From Tubiluchus corallicola (lineage: Eukaryota > Animalia > Priapulida): 64,000 bases of DNA. This document shows positions 49,315-61,912 of the stretch, piece by piece. A model generated the notes under the pieces. It made no database searches, was not told the origin of the DNA, and saw only the letters and a list, made by a program, of their open reading frames with translations. The stretch spans positions 248,001 to 312,000 of the forward strand of contig JAQGDQ010000254.1 of the NCBI GenBank assembly GCA_030141605.1, read 5' to 3'. The translations under genes and the position numbers were made by a program. Each line of letters opens with the position of its first letter. The first letter of the stretch is position 1.

Positions 49315-52300
49315 TCATGCAACACTTTGAAAGTCCCATTCTTGAGACTTAGTGCGATTGCACGTTTTTATGTCCAAATGTCCGTGAGAGTTATCATTTA
49401 GACACTTTTTGGTAGAGCTATGAACAATGGTACCATCCTGAATTAAAAAAACGAGTATTAGTAAACCTGCAAATTATAAAGACATAAAAAAACAAAAAAG
49501 AAAGACACAAAAGAGAAAATGGGAGAAAGAGAGAGAGAGAGAGATACCAAACACGAAAGACAGGAAAAATGAAAAAGTGGGAATCCTGTCTTTCAAGTTT
49601 GGTAGGAAAATTTAATGAATGAATTGTGGGGTTGTACAAGTATCAATACTCTTCATATTAAGATTAAAATAATTAGTATAGTTACTTACTTGGTTAAATG
49701 ACCAGGCTTGACTACCCTTATCAAATTTACATTCGGCCAACCTCACAGTAGTGTCATTCTTTCCAAAGACATCAAAACAAAAATCTCTTCCGAAGCGAAT
49801 TTCCCCATTGGTGCTAATAGTGAATACCTGAAATTTGTAAATCACTGGCATGAAAAATAAAATTTGTTATGTAAGAAAAATTGCGACCACTGTTAGTTGC
49901 ATTGTTTCACTCTACATGCTACAAGATCTTTTGGTATTATGCCCTGTAGTTTTATCAGTATAGTATAATACAGTTATAACGAGACTCTGGTAATTCTAAG
50001 TGAAACGTTAGGCTCAGCACTTAGAAGCAATGCATTAAAAATATGGTTATGTCTAATGATTATGGAAGAATGTTCTTTAACTGTTTCTACATCTTTTGGG
50101 AAATGTGCTAAACATATAAACTTTATACCACTTTGTAGATTTTTTCAAGCCCCACACTTCCCATTAGATTTATTTATAATGTTAATTGTCATCTGTGTAC
50201 AATAGTCTAAACTAAAGTATAAGCAAAAAATCTAATTTGTGAAATCTGTCTGCACTGCAGTGAAATTCACAGCACATGGATTTGAAGTTTCAATTAATTT
50301 CTTTGCTGCATTGAAACACCTAACATACTCAAAATCGAAAAAAAAATAAAAAGCAGTATGTGCATTATGCAGAAGTTGAGTACTAGCTATACTTTTCTAT
50401 AGTAAACAAGAAATGACTTTATTGGGCATAATGCAAAATATAACGCTAGACTCTTTACTCATATTATTGCAACACGGAAAATCCTTTCACCTTATTTGTT
50501 CGTTCAGTGATTAGTTCATTCAATGATTTTACAATGTGACTCACATCAGCTACAATGATATACAGTTACAGGCGTTGTCAGACACACTTCTGCATTTACT
50601 TAGGATGGGATATGCCATCTGACAGCTTTTCAACCAAGACAATAAGTACAGCACATGCTGTCAGATAGCTTTTAAGTGTTAAATAATGTATTTAAATCTT
50701 GCTTACCACGAGCTTTTTATTATCCCTGCATACAATGAGTACACGTTTTAGTAACACACAATCAAATCATGTAGCACAGCAAAACAAATTATTGACATTT
50801 ATAATAACCGATAAAGTCAATGTTAATATGGTATCAGTGAGCATTATGATCAGATGACCAATATATGGTATCCAGAGGTGATGTGACAGAGATAAGCACG
50901 GAGGCGAAACAGCCAAAATAGTCTCATTTAAAATGCTGTTTTTGGTTAGATAGGTAAAACAGGTTTAAGAGTGCTACAGCAAATGTGACAAGTAATCTGA
51001 TTACAAGATTAAGTAAAGTACATGTAACTGCATAATACCAGCATTACTCGTCACAGCCTAATCTGTCTACGTTATTGCCTTCAATTCTACGTTTAAAGAA
51101 TTGAATTTCACTATAAAGAGACTTGATTAAGCGACAAATTCTGATTATCCCCTGAACCCATTACAAGCAGATTACTCTGTACGATGATATTTATATATTA
51201 CTGGCAAGAACAGCTAGTTACAAGTATTTACAACTTACCTGCATTTCACTGTTAGACTGACAACCGTAAAAACCAAGAGGTTCGTGTTTTCGTGAATCTC
51301 TCATTAATGTGTCAATACAGTTATGGGAAGCCTTGTTAACAAACTGTAAAAGCAAAGCTGCATTGATGCTAGCCATAAGCTAAACTGAGTTTCAAAATAG
51401 ACAAAAATAGCAAAAAATGAAAGCTAATTTAATAGTTAAGACGATAATAATAATAGTAATAACTGCAATGATTATGATGATGATAATCACAAAGTATTAG
51501 GTAAAGTTGAGAAACTGTAACAGCAAATTGAGGATCAGGTTTAATAGTAACAGCATTACTATTTCACTGTGTATTACTTTGAAATGTTAAATTTTAATTT
51601 TGTTCAACTGCAGAATACATGTAACATATGAAAAAAGAATATTTTTGCGTGGTAAAACAAAGCAGTACCAATGTTCAAGGAGAAATCAAGGCTTAAAACA
51701 AACTGATGCCGAAATGTTGCCAGCATTGTTGATTTCAGTCTTAGATGTTGACTTATTTAACTGCTCAAGAGACCGCATCTCCGTACAAATTTTGATTTTG
51801 ATTAAATCTGCACACTAATTCTGAATGACAAAAAAAGTGACAATCAATTACAAAGTCTCACAATTAAAAACAGTGAAAAGAAAGAAAAAATGACACCAAT
51901 GTATTTTGAAAACGTCATGTTCTTTCTTTCTTTTTTCTTATTTTTAACTTTTTTAATTCGTTGTTTTACCTTTCCACGTTTCTCAACAGTTTCTTCCAGC
52001 AGAGACTCTTGAGGAAAAATTTTGTCGAGGTACCAGTGGAAATATTCACAGTGCAGCTTCTGTTTTAGGGTTTTTCTGGTATATATTTCACCAAGTCGTA
52101 TATCCTGCAAGAAAAGGATTGCACAGACAGTGTCAAGCCGTACATTACATTTAGTTTTTCTCTAATCTTGAGAATGCAAAATGATACTTTCTTAGTTATA
52201 CTATTCATTACGTTTTCCAAACTTCAAGACTACTAGATGTATGCAAAGTAAGAATGAGTCACTACTTTCTATTAAATTTTCATATTTTATTCTATAATTG

Positions 52301-55300
52301 CCAGTTGAAAGATGAGAAATTTTTTAGGAAGGGCTACAAAGTGAAAAATTAAGCGAACTCAGTGTCCAAAATAATTTATGAAGGAAAACATAAAGTAATA
52401 TTTAAGCCTATTTAAACTTTTATGACAGTTTAGAATAAGATAGATATGCATAGTGCTGCATTGGAAATCTACTTTATAAAGCAGTTGTGCTACTATTTCA
52501 CACTAGAAAACGAGCAAAATAGCCTGCCCGACCAATAAGTCCACCACTTAGACAACCAGTAAGTCCACCAGGTTAAAGAAGCAGAAGCCTTAAACTATTT
52601 ATGAAAAAAAACTATTATATTTCATGGAACATCATTGTGCAACTTTTTCACTAAACCGGCACACACGGAACTCAACAAAAAGGACTTTTCACAGACTGTT
52701 TACGATCACCAGCTGCAGTACTTTGCAGGTGTATGCAAAGATTCAAAAACCACTGTTAAATTATACTATTGCCTAAACACTCAAATGATTTCCATCTGAT
52801 AAATTCTGTCAAATTTCAGTGCGATTCTTACTGCAGCTTACAATTTTAACATATAGTTGTTATAAAAAAAAGAAAATGGCTGCAGCTGAATTTCATTTAG
52901 TGCAATACCTTTAAGCTCTTCGAGTATTCATCATGGTTGTATATCAGACGTTTAAAATCCGCAATCCACCTTTCAGCCAAACGCAGAGATTCGGTTTCCG
53001 TGTCCTTTTTAGCAAACAGGTGCGATTGTGATTTGCGGAAGATATACCCCATACGTGAGCATGGAATGAATTCAATAGTCCCACCACACACCCAAAGCTA
53101 CAAAGAAAATCAACTTCTTGCACATAAATTAAACGTTTCCCTCAAAGAACATATTTTCTCATTTACTGAAAATATATATGTTCACATACTAAATGAGCTA
53201 AGATACCTGTCAGTTCAGTATAAGCAGGGAATTATTTTTGCTGCTGATCAAAGTTGCAGTCTTGCCACAACCATCTGCATTAAGTACAGTATAAGTCCTC
53301 GCTTAACGACTACCCATTTAACAATGTTTCCTTTTTACAACCCTGAACTTTGACACCTTTTTCTCACTTAAAGATAAAGGTTTCATTTCTACGACAATTT
53401 TTTACTTTCTCAGAGTCATTTTTTATTTTATCAACAATTTTTTACCTAATTTGAAGCATGAAAGCAGAGTATATACCGTTATTCTATTCTAAAAATGCAC
53501 TGGAGTTTTTTAGTAATGTAGAACAATACAATATTATTTACATCTTTGCTTCTTGACTGACCGCTAAATGCTAAAGCTGTTTGTGTCATCGGAGATCTAT
53601 CTGCAATTAACTACACATGTATGTTACAATGACATGTGAACATTTTATCAACTATAGAATTTCATCTAATCATGGGAAAGCAACGAATTATCGTGGTCTC
53701 ACTGCCAGCTAACAGCTTAGCTGAGCAATACCATGGTGATTTGAGTTAAGTGGTAGGCTTCGCTTACAAAGTGCAAGCGCAAAAAACAAGATATGGTGCT
53801 TTAAGGCTAAAAAATCGTCATTAAAAGTGAAAAAAGGTATAAAAAAGCTAGGGTCGTAAAAACGAAATGTTGCAAAGTAGGGTATTGTTAAACGACAACT
53901 TACTGTACTTCTTTCCGGCACACCATTATGAGACTCAGGTGCATTGTGCTACTCAGTCATTTAAGAAATAAGCAAGATTGTAAAACAGTACTAACCCTAA
54001 ATGATAGCTCGAGATTGTCATTATCTTCTCCATGAATTTCCTGGAAACGTTTCCGACTGATTGCAAAAACACCTTCTGAATCTGAGGGTGACCTAATAAT
54101 CACATTAACACACGTACACATATTTCATCAACAAGAAACAATGACCTACAAATTAATATAATTTAAGACTTACAACAACACTACAAGAACGGTGAACATT
54201 TTATGAAAAGAACTGCATAATTAGAAACAGTGAAGCAATATAGAAACAGTCAATCATAAGTAACTATGAAGGGCTGTTTTTGTTTTTGATAGATATACTG
54301 ATGACAAAGGTATCATGTGACTCATTCGAAAATGCACATTTTCTTTGCGTGTTAAAAATATACAGCATTAACTAGATCATTTATCAACAAAACAGCACCT
54401 TAAAAGCAGGAAAAAAATTAATCTGGAAAATCAGAAATAAAATTGTCAGCTGGATGAAAAATTATGAAAAATTTATATGCTACTACTTACCTGCTAGATT
54501 AATTAAATCTCAAATATAAGAATTCTCAGTTTCCATCTAAGACTTTCTCCTTAGAAAATACTTACAGCTTATAGTTTTCTACATGCGCCCTATGAGAATC
54601 CTGTTTGTAAACTAAATCTGGTCTCCAGGGTAAATGTTCACGCCATGTAAAGTTGTCCAAAGATTCTGGACCATGTTGGCGGTAACCCAGCGTGTTATAA
54701 TCAATTGCATCAATGCAGGGCACAGCAATATCATTTGGTTCGTCCTTTACTCTCTGAAGCAAGGGTTTCAACCTAAAGGAAAATTTGTTTCATTTGCTTA
54801 TTGAGCCAAATCTGTCAGTGAAACTTGCTGGCTTTAGCAGAAGAAAAAAACTTGATGTCATTCCACAAGACACAAATTCACTCTGTAGTCTCTGCTCAGT
54901 CAGTAACATCAAGCCAAAAAATAAAAGACTACTAAAATTAATGAAAGTGATATCATCAACAAAAGAAGAGGCGGTGGAATAACTTGATAAGTAAACGGCC
55001 AAGGATTATGATTCCTAACACAGCCTATATTGCATTGAATCTTACGAATTTCTCTATTGTTATAAATTTCCAGTTATAACAATGAGATTTCTAGGGTATA
55101 TGATACAAATAACAACAAAGTAAACTGGAAACATTAGAAAAAGTACTGTATTTAGATAAATAATGACGCTCAAGATATTATCTTTACTAGCAGAAACGAA
55201 CTTGAAAATATGCTTGAGTACAAGCCTTGAGAATCTACTTAACCATGGTTCTTTTTGTTCATTGAACAATTTGCTTGAATAAGTAGCTTAATTTGCTCAC

Positions 55301-57269
55301 CACTGATGTCCAGCTTCACAGTGTGATTCTAAAAAAATTAGAACCTCTCCAGTAGCAGCTTCTGCTCCCACGTTGCGTGCTCCCGCAATCCCCCGATGCC
55401 ATTTTGAATGGATTACACGAACATTACGAAAATGGCTTGTCACGTAGTGGTCTAGTTTTTCATGCAGTTCCTCTGAAATCAGTCAGAGAACATTCATCTC
55501 TGTGACTTTTCTCAAGACTAAGTTTAGGTAATAATAATTCAAGATTTACTATAGTAATCAATTAATAAGTGTCACTGAACATGGCGATGCGATAAACATA
55601 CAACACAGCGTAAAACCTGATACAGAAAAATATTTTGTATCTTTCACATCACATATGCCAGAAACAGAACTCAAATGTATTGTGTCTGCCTACTGCATCA
55701 GTATTGTTATGCTTTTAAAGTTACTAATATCAAAAACAAATGTAACCTGTCTTTTTTGTCTAAACATATTTATATTTTATCATAACTTTTGGTATATAGT
55801 TATACATAACTGATTAATAATACCCAGGCTGTAATGAAAAAGAAATGCATGTTACAAAATATGATGCACGACTATTAAGTTCAGTAATGAGTTAAATAAA
55901 TATTGATCAATGTAATTTATTTAATGTAACTTGTCCTGTTTGAAGGTATTAAAAAATTCATTGATCGGTTGTACAATAATGAAAATATTGATTAAGATAC
56001 AGCTATTTGTTTACGCAAATAATACTGCATCCAAAATTAAATTCTCCTGGTAAAAGAACAATATGCATCAAATTGAGCGTATTTCCTTGGGATAGTTAGT
56101 GAACATAGTTTCACAGTAAAAATCTTACACAGATTACTTTCAAACTTAAAAGTGACATTCGAAGATTGCCAGTCACAAGGATAAACGAACCATGTATCAT
56201 GTTACTGCAAAATCTAATGTCTTTGTCTTACATTATTTTATACATCGAACATTTTAAGCCATTCGAAATGTGTTCAGCATTAAAATGAAAAATGAAAACA
56301 AGTGCAATTAAACCCAACACTAAATGCTCTGATGTCAAAAAACCTGTTGCATATTGCCTACTGTATTTTCCAATAGTTTTAAATTTTCTGTTTATATCAT
56401 CTGAATTAGTATGTTAGTGCTACTATGCTAGCAAGTTAATAATTACATTAAATTAAAAAGAAACAAGTGCTGTGACTGTTACCTTTATCACTTAAATCAT
56501 CTACTAGCAATATCTCTCTTAGCAAATGGGCAGGTGAACGTTTCACAACAGTCCACAGTGTTCTCATTAGTGTAGACCACTCTTCATTATGGAACGGAAT
56601 TATAACACTAGCCTTTGGTAGATCGGCATCATACTTTATCTTTGCACATCTAAGGTTATAAAGATAAAAATAAGACGAAACTAGTTCATTTGCTTAGAAA
56701 CGGTCAATTAATAATAATTATATTGGAGGAATTCTTTATTCATGTCTCTAAGACTTTGCACGAAAAAGAATTTTTAATAAAACTGCATCAATTATGCATT
56801 AACAAGTTGCTTTATTAAAACTAAATACAAATATAAATTAAAATCCATTTGACAATTATATCTAAAAAAATAATTAATTGGATTTATGCCATCACTGAAC
56901 TGAGTTTAATATGACTCACCTTGGATCACGATTATCCGGAATAGAACGACTGTAGGAAATTTTCTTGCTGACATAAACATTAAACATCTGTTTCTTGATT
57001 AACTTTAATTTAGGTAATTCCTCATCTCCATGCAAATGCACTGGTTCACCATTTTCACCAGCTCCAGCTGGTGGTCCATCCATTGATTTTAAAACTACAA
57101 CATGTTCGGTTTGATTGCCTGCACTTCTGTTGTTAACCATGGGAACATCAATGTGTGACCAGTATTTCATTGCAAAACTGAACAGCACCGCATACATGCA
57201 AGCTAGAAGAATACAGGCTCTTCCAACAAGCACCCAATCCTGACTAAACAGTGTGTTTTTTGTAAACAT
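49315..57269 (-). CDS. GALNT-like protein copy C, intact ORF (about 560 aa) with degenerate catalytic motifs (putative pseudo-enzyme)
   Basis: Ten GT-AG exons: 57269-56920, 56649-56483, 55472-55301, 54772-54566, 54092-53996, 53097-52909, 52104-51970, 51343-51239, 49827-49690, 49437-49315 (sum 1683 nt, ending in TGA). DxH reads ESH, the WGGEN loop is shortened to [15 protein letters not shown], and GHIFR reads GYIFR. Close paralog of copy B. Confidence 0.9.
53287..53905. mobile_element. Tc1/pogo (Tigger-like) MITE
   Basis: TA-cagtataagtcctcgcttaacga ... ttgttaaacgacaacttactg-TA; homologous to 11019-11607. Confidence 0.75.
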
Positions 57270-60200
57270 ATTTTGCTCTTTCCTTCAACACGTATGGCAG
57301 TGGGTAATAAACAACTTGTGCTAAATAAAGAAAATACAAGCATCATCTCAAATGAAAGTAAGATCAAACTTTTACTTTAGATGTGGGACATACGGCTCTC
57401 TAAAAATATAAACTCTACAGTCTGTACTTGATAAGAAATAAAAATACTTAACATACAACATACAATAATATTACAGTGCAAAAGTAATTATTCCTTAGTG
57501 CTGACAGGGTGATTAAATAACTATGAATTATCGTGGTCAGCCACCCTCTCAGAATTGTTACTAATATAATTAATTAATACGCATGTGTCAAGTAATTAAA
57601 AATTATCAGATTTAGCATTTAAGACGACTGTTGATTGAATTATTATACAAATGTGTTAGTTTCTAATAAAATAATGTTCAATAACGACAAAGAAGAGACA
57701 AATGTGACTATCTTTAAATATTAAGTTAAGCTTTACGTATTTAAAATTAATATTATGATTAGGACCTAGAACTGAAGAAAGTAATAAAAAATTAATTTTT
57801 TGCTTATAGCTACCAAAAGTGGGTAAACATGTATGCTTAGTCATGCAGAAAAAAGTTGAAAGCAAACGTATCTTAAAATTCTTTAGGATTAGCATTGATG
57901 ATTACATAAATATTACAGATATACAAAAGGAGCACCCTACCTCTGTAATACACATTTGAGCTGTAATACTTACTGAAGGATTAGTGAAGCGATGCAAATT
58001 ATCTGTATTGTATTAATTAGCGCATTGTAATAACTGGATTCAGTGTAAATTGCGCATTAGTATTTAATTAATCTAGTATTTAAATAAATGAAATGTAATA
58101 TGAACTTAAGTAGCATCAGTTGAGATTATTAGTGAATTTACACATCATAGAAAACTTATTAAAAATAACAGAGTTAGCTCAAGTGCAAGGAATTCAACTT
58201 AAATGAAAGTAAGGAAAATAATAGTTATAAATTACAGTTAGTTTAGCAAAAATTTACACTACTGTTAGCATATCATAGATCTGCAATGATGTATACTGAG
58301 ATATTAATTTTTTTCTTTATATTTGCTGATAAGATAATAAATCGATTTGTTTTTATTTCCTTGGGAAATAGAGTTCCAGATGTGGGGTCTTGATATTTAA
58401 GAGAGCACTGAATTTTGTTTGTGTTGTATCTTAATACCTTAATATACTGGCTATATGACAAAAAAATATATTATAGTCACTTGAATACATCAGGATCTAG
58501 AATGGCAATGATATATCTTTTTCTTATGAATGGTGTCTCGTGTTGCCTTTTTATTCCCATGTCTAACATACACTTTACTCTGTCAGGAATCCCACTGCAC
58601 TTTTGGGTTTGATTAGTTTAGATCAGCCAGCTTTCTGGTCCGTAGCCAGCTTTTATGCTTACCATATTGTACTATCAGGATTTTCAGTACTATCTCCTTT
58701 GCAGAAGGTGTTAATCTTATGAAGTAGAGCAATCCTCGGCTGAGCAATCAGCTGAGATGAGAGTAGAGAAGTTCTTAGAACGACGCACATATTATACTGC
58801 GTTTTCTTTTCAGTGAACCCAATGGACAAAAATGAACAACAGAAAGTTGTTCAAAGGGATTTTTCTTGAAGTCTTGAACAATATAATTCTAAAGTCATTT
58901 ACAACACACTAGAAGTTTGGGATGTCTATGATTAGTATAAACTGTGAGAAAAGCAGAAACTTGCCAAATAGTGATTGTATTGGAGTGTAAGGTTAGAGGT
59001 GAAAAATGGAAATCAAACACGGTGTGGCTGCATGCTGAATATATAAGTTTACAGACAGGCAAGGTTTGGTGTTACGCTCATGATAGCAACAGCTGAGGGT
59101 GCTAGCACCTGAAGTAGTCTCTAGATGATTTGGTGGGAACGAGTTTGTTCCATAAACTTAATACTCTGGGGTACAAGGTATTTTTACAATTTTAGAGATG
59201 CAGGGCTTTATCAAGCGTTGTTAAGACAAAGGAGATTGATTCAGATAAATATGCAAGGGCATATGGCAAGGAAGAAATAATTAATTAGTCACCAAAATGT
59301 AACATCGTACCATAACTACAGGTGTGAAAGTGATGCACATAAAATAACAGTTTTTTCCCAGTTTAAGACCTCAACGATAACTAAAATAAAGGTGTAAGAA
59401 CAACAGCAGGACAGTTTTTTTTGGTTTGCTCGTTTATGACGTGGACGGTGGATATACAGGAGCCTGTTAGATATATTAGTAAATAGCCATTGTGAGTTAC
59501 CTGTGTTAGTAATGTTAATAAATTTAAAAAACATATATGAACACAATACTTACAACTTAAGGAAATTACCTTAGTCTTCTGCGTAGAACACGTGAGGTCA
59601 TATAAATTGACTTAAATGGTTTTTGCCGTTGCCACGGAGGAAAGACACGAAATCTTTTAGAAAGAACGTTATGGCAAATGCAATACACACGCTACTGCGT
59701 AAAAATCATTAAACTTTAATTGTTGTCAGTGTAACCGTTTATCAGACAATCCCTGACGCAAATTATGCGTTTTAAGTTGCAGTAGCTCGATATGCAATAA
59801 CATATTCCCGATGTCTGGGAAACGCCTCTCAGAAGCACTCCCCTGCGTTATAATAAAATCCTAAAGTAGTAATCTAGGGCGCAGACGTCTCACAATTGAC
59901 TTTTATAATTGCTGGGCTACGTAAGATTAGAAAAAGCACATAATAATATGAAGTTGAGAGTACGTAGGTGGTAGGAGACATGATAACACCAGGTAGATAG
60001 GTGATACCAGTAGAATACACTGATGGTTTCCTGCTAATTAATACAGGTTATAGGGCGCGGAGTACGCGACTAGCTGAAGTAGGACACGTTCGCTAAAGCG
60101 CATGTGCCAAATTTGCGGAAAACCAGTGTCGTACATGGGCAGCCAATGTAGGGCACTGCCAATTTTTGTCGACAATCGAAAATTATGGCATAATAAAACA

Positions 60201-61912
60201 TAAAACAAAATTCGTTTTAGAAAAAAAGCAACTTTATAATAGTGATGGATAATTCTTGACAATTTACAAATGTATTTTATACAATAATATCATGATTATT
60301 ATTAGCTATCATCATATTAATAAACTAAGTATCTAATGCTTTAAAGATAAAAACTACGTAGAGAGAGAGGGCACGTCGCTCGCTAGCCTATTTACTTAGT
60401 AGATAGCTAGCGAGATAGGCAGTCGAATTTTAACTGCTATTGAGAAAATAAAGTTGAAATGAATTGAATCAGTAGAAAACAATTATTTGACCAACACAGG
60501 TAATGAAACGGATCGCCTGTCTGTGAAGCGAGCAAAATAAAAATGTTACACCTTAAGCAAATGTTGGAGTCGCCTAAAAAGCAGGCTTATTTCACTTCAA
60601 AAAAGATCAGTATCGAAGCCAAATTTTATATTGGCCATTCCACTAGCTCAGAATAAGATTCTTTTATTTTATCGATATTTTATGTATAATAAATTATTTA
60701 ACGTGTACTGATGTTTTCAATTATTATTATTATTAAATAAACAAAGGCAACTGATGTTGCCAGTACAGTTAACGACTCAATTCGTGACCTGTCTCTAGTG
60801 TCCTACATGGGCAGCCCATGTACGACGCATCCTACCTGGGCTAGCCTGCGTATGCCAATTGTCTTACTTCAGTTACCAACGCAAGTGATGTGGTTGCTTG
60901 TCCCTGGGAGGAGGAAGGTTAAAATGTACCAAAAGCTACATCTGTTAGAAATAAGATGACATTAGGTAATCCAATTTGATTAAATTTTTATACAAATTAA
61001 ATGGCATTAACTGCAAAATAAAATGATTAGTTATACTGTACAGAGAAAGGCATCAAAAGTAGAAACTTTTTCCATCAAAAATAAAAACAAAAACATCTTT
61101 GTAATAAATATAAATTTAATAGTATTAAAAAGGAAACCAAACAAGCATATTAAAAACACATCAAACATAAAACAATCATTTTTTTGTAAAAATTTAACAT
61201 TAAATTAATAATGAAACCAATACGTATGTTAAAAACACCTATTAAACATTGCCAACAATTGAACAATTATCTTAATTAGCTATAACATTTCAATGTTTGA
61301 AACACCAATAATTAAACTTGCTTCTGAACAACATTTGTACAAATAAGGCACTGTCGTGTTAAATTTTTACACTTCACAATGAACATTATCGCCAACAATA
61401 ATTACAATGAGACTGGGAATAATACTGAAAAATGCTGACGAAATGTGCTTTCTTAGCACATCATTGTTGATTGCTGGCTAAGTTATTCCACCTGCACCTT
61501 CATTTTTGTTTTTTTAATATAATAAGTATATACAGGCTGCACCAGTGGACAGTCTAACTCCATTTATTTTTTATGTTTAGTTCATAAACATTAGCTGCCA
61601 AATATTGGCCAAAAAACGAGATCACGCCTTCCAGCTTATAATAATACCAGCTTACGAGTGACACAAATAACAGAATTTTATCACAAATGAATTTCCAAGT
61701 TTGCCTCATGCTGAAGTATCATAGACAGCCTAGCAACATTCGTGATGTTAAAAGTTTTTTGTGTAAATGTCAACTTTTCCAGACTGCACCCACATTGAAA
61801 GTTGATGGGATTACAATATCTCACCATAAACTTCGTAATCAAGCCGTGTATGCCTATGTCTGCATCGACAGTTAAGTAGAGCAAACCCCTTCTACTAATA
61901 ATGAATACTTTA

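Noticed and set aside
33145-57269. Calling copies B and C pseudogenes
   Set aside because: No stops or frameshifts in 20 exons, all splice sites intact, indels in multiples of 3, and an excess of synonymous changes in the exon compared.
58300-59300. Possible decayed retroelement on the minus strand
   Set aside because: Only vague motif-like fragments with many stops; not assignable by eye.
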